A stretch of DNA of 64,000 nt from Asterias rubens (Eukaryota), in contig NC_047079.1 in assembly GCF_902459465.1 (NCBI RefSeq), positions 8,804,001-8,868,000 of the forward strand, given 5' to 3'. This document shows positions 1-12,700 of the stretch, piece by piece (the first letter of the stretch is position 1; every line of letters begins with the position of its first letter). The notes below the pieces were generated by a model, which did not search any database, was not told where the DNA came from, and was given only the letters and a program-made list of their open reading frames with translations. Both the position numbers and the translations under genes were made by a program.

Positions 1-246
1 AATTACAATCACTACTACCAGAGGATGATTTTATAGACAATCATTGTATGAGTTTCTCCTACATGGGCAACCTTGACTTATAAATATTAATAATAGCGGC
101 TTCTTAGTGAGCATATCCATCTCGCAGTGACACTCAAACACTTTATTCTACAGTATTTTCCTGTACATTGACGTCTTTGTATCCATATCTGTATCCATAG
201 CCTTGCAATACCATTCAATTAGTTTTTAAAACAAGTTTATGTATAT

Positions 247-262
247 AGCGCCCTCTACTGGT
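247..262 (-). promoter_or_regulatory. CTCF-like motif
   Basis: Reverse complement ACCAGTAGAGGGCGCT vs CTCF core CCASYAGRKGGCRS. Confidence 0.55.
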
Positions 263-374
263 AAAGTAAAGCAAGGATTGTTTTATCGGTATAAACCACA
301 AGGGAAACTGAGTGGGTAAATATTACCCAGTCAGTTTCCTTTGTTGTGGTTTATATTGATATCTGAAACAAAAA

Positions 375-454
375 CTTGCATCCCCTCGTTACCAAGTAAG
401 TTTTTATGCCAACAATTATTTTGAGTAATTACAAATAGTGTCCACTGCCCCTTA
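375..454. mobile_element. Kolobok-type non-autonomous element, terminal fragment
   Basis: Ends gtgtccactgccccttaa; shares ttaccaagtaagtttttatgc with the full copies. Confidence 0.7.
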
Positions 455-493
455 AATCAGGCTAAGCCTCGACCACAAAAACAAATAATTTAC

Positions 494-766
494 CATCGTT
501 ACTGTCCTCCTTGGATGAGTAATGAATCCGATCGCTCTGCCGGTTGATCTCAAGGGCCAGCATGAATCGCACCGGTCCCCCGTGGGTGTGATACGCCACC
601 ATGGCTGGGCCGTTTACCAGGGGAACTCCCTCTAGCCGAGGCAACGGGAAGTTGACTAATATGCCAAGGTTGGTGCCGACCCACAGGGAGCCGTAGCACG
701 CCAGCAGGTTAGTCACATGGACGGAGTGAATGTTGTGGAAGATCGCTTGAGATTTGACGCCCAGGC
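494..766 (-). CDS. ARHGEF10: ARHGEF10-like exon (beta-propeller, ...[23 protein letters not shown]...SND)
   Basis: Donor G|gtaaat at 494. Acceptor uncertain: aag at 766 or 745, both phase 1. Confidence 0.85.
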
Positions 767-3700
767 CTTCCAGGATGAAAAACAAACCACACACACATGA
801 TGTATTAATCAGAAGGAAATGTTGAGTTTTGAACACAAGGAGTACATTTTGGCGACCCCAACCAAGCCCAACCGAGTCAACAAGTTGGTTACCAATTGGT
901 CTGAACAGCCTCGTCCGCGATTTAACTGAACACGCGAAAACGCTCAACCAATGACCAAAGCTCAAACATGTTTCTCGTTGGGGTCGCCAAAACGCAGTCA
1001 AGTAGAGAGAGTACAAAAAAAGACATTAACTTTTTGCTAATCTATGGATTTTCTTGTAGTGAGGCAAATATGGTTAATCTTAACACATGAGTAGATGCTT
1101 ACTTAATGGTGACTGTTGAAAATGGCTGAATATGTTTGAGGGCCGAAGCGCCACTCCCTTTTGCTGTCACCCTCACATATCCTAGTGTAACCCCTACCCC
1201 ACTTCCAGCCCCTCACCCTTCCCCCTACCCCACCCTTCCCCTACCCCACCCTCACCCTTCCGGCTTCCCAACCTACCTGCAACCATCCTCCCGATGGGGC
1301 TAGCCAAGCTGATATCCTGTAGGTGTTCGAACGTCTCCGTGTGGAATAATCTGATAATATCCAACGTCTGGAAGGAAACCCACACCCCCACGCCAGCCAC
1401 CACCATACTCTGGACACTCTGAGTCGAGTCCTGATGAACCTCGAACTCCCTCTAAAGGAGGAAACAAGAATTTCAGGTGTCAATCACTTTTAAAACTCTT
1501 TCCTTTTGCAGGCAGAAACCTGACCTGTACCCATATTCATGCTTAAAAGCTGAAAACATTGCTTAAGAATAGTCTGCTTACACTGAAAACATTGCTTAAG
1601 AATGCTGCTAAGTGGAAATGAGCAGAATACCAGTCACAATTTGTACATGTGACAGGCTAGTTTTGCTGGTATAATTATTCTGGTAAGCATAACTTTGTTA
1701 TGCTTAGCTACTGTTTGTACTTAACAGTACGGAAAAAGGACATAACAAGGGAAAGTACCGAGTATACAGTGCATTACACACATCAGTGTATGGGTAAAAC
1801 ACAAATCCTAGATGCAAACTTATTGAGGGAGGGGGAGGGGGAATGGGGAGGGGGAGGGGGAATGGGGAGGGGGTTCCCTTCCTACCTGTCTGAATTCACT
1901 CTCTGTGTCGACGACGTGTATCTGATTTCCACATCCACACCACATGTTCTGCTTGACTGGAAGGAGGGACGTGACTGGATTCGAACCCAACTCTGATATG
2001 CGCGGCTCTTTCACCTTCCACTCCCCCTCTGAATGAGAAAAGTTTGACAAAAATTGTTTGAATCTTTACAGACAAAAAGATTTTCCTTAAATGATGTAAA
2101 GATTTAATATATCCTAAAAGGGTGGCCGATTTCACAAGGCCACATTTGTATAACAAGAGGACAAAGATTTGGAATCACAGAATAAACAATAACCCCAGAA
2201 AAATGGAAATTACGAGCATGAGTTCCAGTAACTTCTGTCCCTCTTTGTATGGGAGAAAGCGGAAGTGTAGCATGGTAGATGCATGCCTGTGCACACTACA
2301 CAATGGAATGTGTGGGTGAATATACAAGTCGGCCATTTTGTAGTGTTAGTTTACAACGTATAAGAAAAACAGTCAAGGCATTTTTGTGCGGATCAGTATA
2401 TTCTACTTTTAAAACATCTTTCTAACCATATGCATTGCATAACAAACAGTTACAAACGGTTTTCAAAGACAAACTATCCCAATCCAAGGCAACGTGTACC
2501 TTTAAAAGGAACTGACTATATTATTATTATTAAAAGAAAGAGCCATCAAATTTTCAAATGAGCAGCTTCGTATTCACCTTCTGTCCGGACATAGATGAGG
2601 ACTGTGCCATCTTTCTGAGCCAGAAACATCCGATTGTTGAGATATTTCATGGATGTGACGGCTTTGGGAACTTTGAAGCTGACGAGACACTGCGTTTTGT
2701 CCATCTGATTTGCTTCATAAATGCTGATCCTAAAAAGAGATTCAACCAGAAAAAAGAGATTAAAAGGTTTTGATATCTTTTGTAGATCAAGTTTATGGCC
2801 GTGACATGAGTTCCAACTCATTGCGAATGAAGATGTATGTAATGTAATTCACCTATAGAAGTTTCAGCTTCCATTAGTCGTCAAGATTTTGAGAGAAAAA
2901 GTGAAAAAGCAGAGTGTCAAGGCCAAGAGACAAACCCACACTCCACTGATCTGAAAGTTTGAAACTGGTGCTTTACATCCGTACCACAACCTCACCACTT
3001 GAATATAAAAGGACTCTATAAGCAATGATATTGGGTCCCAGACAGACTCACCTCCCACTCTCCGTGCCGAGCCACACCGTTGTCTTCAAGAAACAAAACT
3101 CGCTCCGCCTGACGCTGTCCTTGAAACTCTTACCCGAGGTTCCATTCACCCCGAGCAATCTCCTGATCCCTGGCACACACTCAGAGCACAGTATCCTCAA
3201 CTCCCCGAGCTCGAACGTCTCCAGTATCTTTGGGGATGGAGGTTGGAAGCCCACGATGCTGACGTAAGATTTCTTGTTGTCGGAGCTGACGACCCACAGA
3301 CAGTTTTTGGCCGCCTCGCTCTCAATCGTTCGTTTCCGCCTACTTCTGGAGAAGGAGGGCTCTAATGGGCAGAGTGTGGCACACTGCACCTGTCGGGGAG
3401 ATCAACAAGAGATATTGATAGAGGGCGCTGTGACATGAAAATGGTCCCAGGCTCCAGTTTGAAAATCTTATAACAATAATAATCGTTTTTATATTGGGCT
3501 TTTCACACCCAAAAGTTGTGTCTATTGTTTGGTTCCAGGAGGGGAGCCATGGTTGTGGACTGAACAACAATCGACCAAAATAGTATTCATAATAATAGAG
3601 CGTTTCTATATAGCGTTTTTTCACGCCCGAGGGGTGTCTCAAAGCGCTTCCTATACTATTACCCCTGGTCACTGGGCCTTAAATCATTTCTTTAACCATC

Positions 3701-6700
3701 TCAGCTCTCTGGGGAGTATATGGCCTGTGCGCAATATATGCGCTACTCGGCTAAACAAATCACAAGAACTATCTCTGCCCTCACAGGTACCCATTTACCC
3801 CTGGGTGGAGAGAAGCAATTATAGTGAAGTGTCTTGCTCAGGGACACAAGTGTCACGACCGGGATTCGAACCCACACTCTGCTGAACAGAAGCATCAGAG
3901 CTTGAGTTTCGGTGCTCTTATCCACTCAGCCACGACACCCTAATAGGAACAGCTTGAAGCTGGTCCAGTACACCCAGTTGCTCACCTGGTTTTAAGACAC
4001 CAGGTGAGATACCAGGAGAACTTTTTTACCATGGAAGAAAATATCTCACGCCTTACCTTTGCTGAATGCCTGGTAGTGAATACTGGTAAGGCTGTCATGA
4101 GAAGTGGCACGCCATAATTCATCTCAGAGTGGGCGCTATCACTTTCCTCCGGAGCGTACCAACCCGGGTTGTTGTGAGGTTCTGTTAACAAATAAACGAA
4201 CAAACATTTGCTACAACATTGCTAAAATAATTGTTCTCTCCTGAGACGAATATTATTTTGGTGACATTGTTTTACACATATCTCAAAGACTACAGCACCT
4301 CAGCAGGTAATATTTTAAGGGCGGAAGCTTTCTACCATCACTATCTTCAAACCTTGTAAGTTGAATGCAAATCTGTGGACTTTGTGTTTTGTGTCATACA
4401 AAAAGTACCCACAGTTCTTTAAAGTTTAAATCAATGTGAACAAGCTGTTGACTTACTCAAGGCAAGTTTGGCTGTTTCCAATGCCGTTATCCAGTCCAGT
4501 TTGGTCTTAGAGCTGACAGCATCAAACACTAACGTTACACGTTTCTCCCTATTCAGTTAGGATAAATTGATAACGATTTGGTTACTATCTGACCAAGAAA
4601 CATCAATACAAACAATGTGCGGAAAAAGTGAAATTTGCTAAAGATAACATCGACCCCAACTCCAGGCATAGGCTTAGCAGCAAACCAAAATGCCAACTTA
4701 AAAGTGATGAAGTGATTGCTCAAGGGCACGAGTGTCATGACCAGGATTTGATCCCACACTCTGCTGCTGACAATCTCAGAGCTTGGGTCCAGTGAACTAG
4801 ACCACTCGGCCAAGACAGGCCATTGGAAATTGAGTGCATCATAAATACTGAATTAGCCCTTAGAGCCCATTCTTTAAAAACAATTAAAGCAAAACATAGG
4901 ACATACATTGCAACAGCTGGTAGTGAGAGCTGTATTTTACTGACATCAGCTTGTCTGATATCCTGACTCTTCTTATTTATAAGCTTCTGGATGATGTCAG
5001 ACCAGTCTTCAACGTCATCCTTAGTCAGCATGCCATACGACCCCTGAATCAGAATTAATTAAATTAATGATAAGTTGATCAGCTCGCTTCACAATTAACC
5101 CTTTGGTGCACAGATAAAGTTTGAAAAAGCAAAAAATGAGCATGTTCAACCGTTGTTTTCGCAAATTTTTTAATAGCACCCCCTGTTGAACATCACACCA
5201 AAGGAAAGCTCAACACTCTCTCTAAATAATCGAATGAGGGTGTTATATTTGGGGGTTGTAGTTTTTAAGTTAAGACTGTTTATAAAAAGTCCAATTTGAT
5301 GGGTTTTGGGTGGTCGCTAGCGACTGCCTTGTGTACCAAAGGGTTAAACATTCCTTTCCTGTCACTTGCGCAGGACTATTTCAACTTGTAGCTGAGTGTG
5401 ATGTGGTAACCAAGGATACCTCATAAGCGAACTTCATCACTGTAGCTCGCAATCCTAAGGAAACCTGAAACCTGTAAACAAAGGTACTTGCTACCTGCTA
5501 CCCCTTCTGGTAAAGAAAAAAAAACACGCAAGGACTGGATGCGTCCAAGTCCCAATAGACCGTATTGAATACGATATCACAGTTCAAATATCTGCCCTAC
5601 AACATGGCGCCTGTGTGCGTGTGCGTGCCTGGTCGTAGAAATCAAACCGAGAAAGCTGCATGTTGCGTGCTTCTTTGATGTAAGCGTTTAGACGCGCATA
5701 CAGTTTGCCCTACAAGATGGTTTACGACTTTTACAGCAACAAAGGGGTTATTCAATACAGTCTATACAACTGTTTGTGTACCAACCTTAAGTGTTGTAAG
5801 CAGAGCACCAATCTGTTTGACCACTGCCATGTCATGCATTAGGTCGTTGCGTTCCTGGTACATCTGACGAGCAGACCCTGCATAGGTATAATCTGAAGGA
5901 ATAAAAGAAGACCAACAAAAAACTCATCACAAAGAATCAGAATTTTACCAAATTGGGAACTATTAATTTTTGATATTTAGGAAAAAAAAGAAGAACAAAA
6001 AACTCATCACAAAGAGTCAGAGTTTTACCAAATTGGGAACTAAATATTTTTTATATTCAGGTGTACTTTTTTTAATAGTTCGTATGACATGTCTATTTTT
6101 AACAATTGTAATGACTCTGTAATTTGACCTTCGGGTCACGAAGATTGTCAATTTTAATCAAATTCAAATTCAAATTCAGGATTGCTGGGTGTGGCCAGTA
6201 CCAAATGAGATAATCTACTGCAAAAAAATGACGTCAATGAAAACACCCTGAAAGCTTTTCTCACCGCGTTCTTCGGCCTGCTGCGTTGTGATCGTCAGCT
6301 TCCCAGGTTCTTGGGAAACCTCTACTTCTGCCCCTGAATCCCCCGATGGCTCAATAATCTCCACTTCACCGAGTGGTACGCTCCATCTGTGCTTACACCT
6401 CGGCATATCAGAACCAGGTGAGAGACCTGGGGAAGAGGTTCTGTAAGGGACAAACCATTTTAAAAAGGGGGGTGTTAATGAACTCTTAATCTTCCAAGTA
6501 ACTTTTTTGGATTGCCTGTTCATCAATAAAAAATAAAAAAATAGAGCTTGAGCTCAGATCACTTGATCACTCGGCAGCGACAACAACACAGGATGGGTTT
6601 ACTCACTTTGATAAAACAGTTGTACAAACAAGAAGATCGTTCAGCATGAAGAGGCGCCTCTCTTTGCATTTTATCGACTCTCCTTGGCTGTCGTAGGTCT

Positions 6701-9700
6701 AGTCAAAACAAAACAAGGAGCACAAATTACTAGGTCTATTATTAAACCATTTATGATTCCACATCATGTGGAACTCTCTTCAGAAAGTCATTTGATTTTA
6801 TAGACCGTCCAAGCCAATGATTTTGCCCAAGCAATGGTGACGCAGGCCACCGGCAGCATACAGCACTTGCGCGTGCGGGCTTAAATGGAATGGTCTATAG
6901 GATTTGGTATTGTAGGCCCAAAATACTAGCTTACTGTTAGGTCTTTCATGTCAATCTGATCAAATTCACAGATGCTAAGAACATGCATGCAATGTACAAA
7001 AGCAACCTTTTCAGTTTTCAAAACAATGTTAAATAGTGTGATAGAGGCTTAATGGGAGTTAGGTTTGTTAATAGAGGGGTAGGGGCAAAAGGGAGAGAGA
7101 GAGTTAGTTTTTAATCTCCAGTTATCAGGGCCATATTCTGTACACCATGCCAAACCACAATCACTCTCGTTCAAACCATGCTCTACTACTTGTTTACTCG
7201 TGCATAAATTATGCAACTGAATTAGGAAGAACAAAAAACGGAAAACAAAAGACAATCTTAATGTGCAGATTACTCATTCATGTGTTTGAGAGGCGGAGAA
7301 AAGAGGTGAGGTGAGGGAAACTAATTTCACCTATAAAAACTTGTTGAAGTCTATGATTATTTATTTACAATGCATTTAATTAATAACATGCTCAGATCAT
7401 AGAAAACAATCACTCAAATCATTCGTAGCTGACGACAACTACGACAATATTTTCATCTCATTATCATACTTGAATAAATAGTATCTTATATCAAGGCATT
7501 CCATCCATGCCGATATCTTAAAATTTGTATGCAAAAGAGTTGTATCTGATGACCTATGTTCTTTTCCTTGTTGCACAGTGCTACAGGCTTTAAATACAGG
7601 CATTATCATTGACATCACCTGACCACAAAGGTGACAGACGCTCACACGGTGTTCAAAGCTGTAAACAGGTAAAGGAGGATTACATTACAACCATGCCTGG
7701 TGAAAGATTTAGGGTCAGGGTTAGAAGAGAAAGGGTGAGTGTAGCCTGCTCCTTGCTAGCTTGAGACACTGGGTATGAGCTCTCAAAACTCCAGGGCCCA
7801 ATATTTCCATTGGCTCGTCTCATGACAAGATCAACATCTGAAACCAAGGTGCTCCAGAGTCATTCCAAATGGCTGCAACAGTCAATCTTTCAGCTTTTGG
7901 CCTGCCAGTCGCTCCTAACTGTTTCAGACGTCAAGCTTTTCATGTACTTAATTCAGAATTTGGTTCTGCGTGACTCTGGAGCGCCTGTCTGAAACAAGTG
8001 TTAGCCAGCCAGCCACATTGACCAATATTGTGACTGAGGAGCACAGCCAGAGATTGAAAGTGTTTGCTTGTTCCAGAGGGAGGAAAACCGCAGAGTCTGG
8101 AGAGAAAAAAACCTTGTGGAAAGGAAAGAACCACTGACACATCTACTCACTTATAGTCTGAGTCGGGAATGGAACCAGGGCAACATTGGTGAGAGGCAAG
8201 TGCTTTATGCACAAGCCAACCATGCCAAGATATTATTTATAGTAACATACACCACAAAGTAATGCTACGATCACATCATGAATAACAACATCAAATGGAT
8301 CAACAAGAAAAACATATGGTAAAGACACAGGGAGTGTTACTCTTAAAACATCGATACCGCCAAGTTTTTAGGGTTTAGTTTACAATCACCTCACGACAAT
8401 CTATAGTGGGGGGAGGGGGATCGGAGCATGCATACATATTTAGGTCAATGATTCTCCACTTGCAGAAAAGGAAAAAAAAAAATTTGGGGAACACAGAACT
8501 CTGTATCTGACTGATGAAGTTTCACTTCATTTTTTTTCAATTTTCGCCAATCTACAACGTTTGTAAGCTGGAACATCAGTGTCTTGCACCAAAACATGTT
8601 ACAGTCACAGAGCTGCCAATATTTGCATCTTGCAATCGGGGAGTTTTTGTACAATGATCAGGAAGATATTTATAACTATATTCAACATCATAGGTGGAAA
8701 ACTTCCACATTCAGGGAGGTTTTTTTAAACTAATAAAGGCCTCAATGATAGTGAATCTCTATCAAATGCATATAAAAACTACTTTTGTTCTTGTCTGATG
8801 AATCTACAATTTCAACTCTGCCATGGAGTGCACATGATAAAATACTTGTGGTTTTAAATTTGCATATACATATGGTGATTTATTTTGGCATGATGGGTGA
8901 TTTTTGTCCATGTGTATTCTGCCTACTCTCTATTAGCGTGGGTAAAATCACTGACCCTACAATGTGAAAATCTGGACTACGGGAGAGCCATTGAGTTTTG
9001 AGTCTTTGAGTTCTAAGTTTTTTATTAAGCTACCTCTACAATACAATATTAGTGAACATTTTAACAATGAAGGATAACAACAGAGCCATTGTTCCCTTCA
9101 CAAAGTTTACTGAAAACTCAACAACTCAGTTCAATAGTTCCATCAACTCAAAACTCAATGAGTTAACTCAAAACTCAATGACTCAGTTTTACAGTTCAAC
9201 ACTAGACATCTGCCAGTACTCACTTCACTCTATGATAAAAACGTCATTGGCCGAAGGGATGAGAAAAAGTAGTCAAAGGTCAAATCATTAAATGAAAATG
9301 TCAAACTTTAGCTATATATAGATTTATGTATATTATACCCCCCCCCCCCAAAAAAAAAAAAAAAAAAAAAAAAAAAAGTGATGTTTTGATTAATGGTTAC
9401 CAATGAAAAAAAAAAAGTGTAAATAAATTAAACCACCATTGGAAAGACCATTTGAAAAGTGGAGACCACACCGGCTCTTTTCAGAGCCAACAATCCCTCC
9501 AAAGGGATGTACACGGTTGTACCAGCACGTAATACTATTTATTGATGGTTTCTGTCTATTTATCCACACCATGCAAAGCTTTGAACAATACTTTTATAAC
9601 GGAAAGATGTCTTTTGAAAAAGTAAAGTAATGACTATTATAAGCCTTGATACTTCATGTTTTCTTGTACTTTTTTTTATTTGAGAAAGTGTCTTCACCTC

Positions 9701-12700
9701 CTTGAAAATGTAGAAATGAGTGAAATAACTTACAGTTTGAAGCATATCATCTTGTCTGATCAGCCATCGGCTTCTGTCATGTTTGAACTGTTTAAAAATG
9801 GAAAAAAACATGGCATTATCGTAACAAAGTTGTGACTCAAAACATCAAGGGAGGGGGGGGGGGGTGTAATACTTTGACACATACATTAATTGATAAAGAT
9901 TGATAAGTGATGGCGCTGTCCAATTTTAGAGACACTCCAAGACTAGTTGACTTGAGAATCATAAATTTTTAAACTATTGTTACACGTTTTAAGGATGTGA
10001 TTGATGTCAAGAGTATTATATTCATATTTTGTCATATTGCCTTTTTTTAGGGTAAATATTATGTGACCAGGAACAATCTGATAATAGTCATTAACCAGTC
10101 TTTATAAAGTGCATTGAACACTGAAGGCGCATCTCAAAGCGCTTCACATTATTACCCCCTGGTCACTAGGCCTTAAATCATTCCTTAAATCATCTCACTC
10201 CCTGGGGAGTATACAGCCTTGTGCAACAAATATGCACTACTCGGCTAAATCAATCACAAGAACCATCTCAGCTCTCACAGGTACCCATAACCCCTGGGTG
10301 GAGAGAAGCATGAAGTGTCTTGCTCAGGGACACAAGTGTCGCGACAGCTGAACCCACACTCTGCTGAACAGAATCACAAGAGCGTGAGTTCGGTGCTCTT
10401 GTCCGCTCGGCCACGACACCCTACAAGATGGGAACACGGCACAAGTCTGCTGCCACCTAGCGTTCTAAAGTCTCTCACAGAGGCGAAACAACTCAAAGAG
10501 TGAATTTCAATAGTTGCCCAGGATTAAAAACTAACCTTGCTGGAGAATTTGACATTGAGGCATTTCATGAGTTGCTTGACGGCGTATCGTTGCTCACTCT
10601 GCCGTTTCCTTTCATTCAAGACGCTAGCTAGCGTCTCTAGTTTGGTCAGTGCCAGCTGTAGAGGCATGCGGTCTGCATGGCCTAGAGGAGTTCGCTTTAA
10701 AAGATCCTGGAGAAGGAGTCAAGAGAAAAAAGGCTATCAGGTTAATTCTCATTTAAAGGTTTTGGTACCTTTTGTAGATCATGTTTTTGGCCATGACATG
10801 AATCCATACTCACTGTGCACAAAGATGTATGTAATATAATTTACCTGTAAAAGTTTCAGCTTTCATTCGTCGTCAAGTTTTTTAGCAAAAAAACAAAAAT
10901 CACAGAGCAATGTTTTCAGGAGAGTCACGTTAATCCGTTGTCTCACTGAGCCAAAAACTATTTTTGTGAATTTGTTAACTAATTTCTCAAAAACTATGAT
11001 GTGGGCATTCTGGGATCTTTGTCAATAGAGGGCAGTATATAAAGTCCCCATAGAAAATGAAACAGGGATCCCGCCTGAATAAAGAAATCCCGGTTAAATT
11101 CAGGGATATTAGTGTTATTACATGGCAGCAATGCAAACATTACAATAGACATTTTTACAGGGGATGGGGGTGCTGGAGGCAAATAATTTGTTTTGATACA
11201 GGTAGATCATTCATGGAGAAGACAGAATACAATTTTCGGGGAGAGGGTTGGAGGGGGAGTAGATAAGTCATTCCTGGACAAGACAGAAAACAATATTACG
11301 GGAGGGGGTGGCGGGGGGGGGGGGGGTAATAGATAAGTCGTTTCTGGAGAAGACAGAAAACCATATAACGGGAGGGGGTGGGGGGGAGTAGATGGGTCAT
11401 ACCTGGAGAAGACAGATGAATTGAGGGAAGCGTTGAATAGGTTTCAGCATGAGTGCATAGAGACTCAGACGATCAATGCTACTGACTTGCCGTGTCTAAT
11501 GAGATCAAGAACAAAAACAGTTATTAGAAGGAGTGGTGATTAGTATAGGGCAGTAGTATGGCCAGTACAGCCATGGTCGTAATAAAAATAAAAATAACAA
11601 GTTTTTGTATATAGACGATGTGACCTATGTTTATATTCAAACCGCCCTCTGATGACAAAACACTGTACACGTCATGTTTCGCCGGGCAAAAAGGTGCGTA
11701 GTCATGGTAAGATTGCGAGTACTTTCTAGCTGGCTGCCAAAACACAAAGGTTTTGCTAGGCGGTATGCGCGCGAATCATGTTATGGTTTTTGAGTGACAT
11801 CAGAGGTCACATCGTCTATAGTGCTTTTCACTCCTGAAGGGCGTCTCAAGGCACTTCCAACATTGTTACCCCTGGTCACTGGGCCTTCATTCATTCCTAA
11901 AACCATCTCAGCTCCCTGGTGGGGAGTACGCAGCCTGTGCAACATTAATATGCACTACTCGGCTAAAGCAATCACAAGAACCATATCTGCCCTCACAGGT
12001 ACCCATTTACCCCTGGGTGGAGAGAAGCAATTATAGTTAAGTGACACAAGTGACACAAGTGTAACAACTGAGATTCAAACCCACGCTCTGCTAAAGAGTG
12101 ACAGGGTACCGGTCATGAAAGCTCACCTCGATGAAGTTCCTGAACGCTGGCCTCTGATTGGCTGCTCTCTTGGCCACCTCCATTGCATTGGTGAAGTTGT
12201 TAACGTAGGCACTGTACACGTCTAATACCATCGCTTTAGAAAACTGAAAGGAGACAGTGGGATCAACTTAACTTAACTTAACTTTAATGCATTTATAAAG
12301 CGCTGTAACACTGTTTCAAAGTGCTGTTTCAATGTAGAAGTTAAGATTGACGATGTCGTCGCTACTGTGATTCAAATTCTTTTTTTTTTTAAACTTTTTT
12401 TTAATATTATTATTATTATTTTATTTTTTTTATTTTTATGGAAGTAGCCAGACACACAAGGCCCGAAGGCCACTTCAAGGTGTGGGCTACAATTATTTTT
12501 TCCAGAGGCCGTTGCCACCTACTCCTAGGGCTGAAACAGGGTTACCCCCTTCAGCATCCATATGAATGTGGGCTTGGGTATCATCAATCAGAAGCATGGC
12601 TAGTTGAGTAGAAAGCAATACCTCTCAAATTTTACGTAGGAAGTGTCACGACTAAACTTTTGTTTGCATAAGTATTTCTACTGTACTTTGTGGAAATGGC

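Noticed and set aside
767-1016. N-terminal part of the 184-aa ORF 462..1016
   Set aside because: Runs through an inverted-repeat MITE and intron; only 494-766 resembles ARHGEF10.
5370-5470. Exon-like segment with a U12-like GTATCCTT donor
   Set aside because: Stops in all frames; a similar sequence at ~13145-13215 shows it is a repeat.
7619-7658. 40-nt pseudo-exon (acag|...CAG|gtgatg)
   Set aside because: Immediate stop or frameshift, and the flanking exons join cleanly without it; could only be a poison exon.
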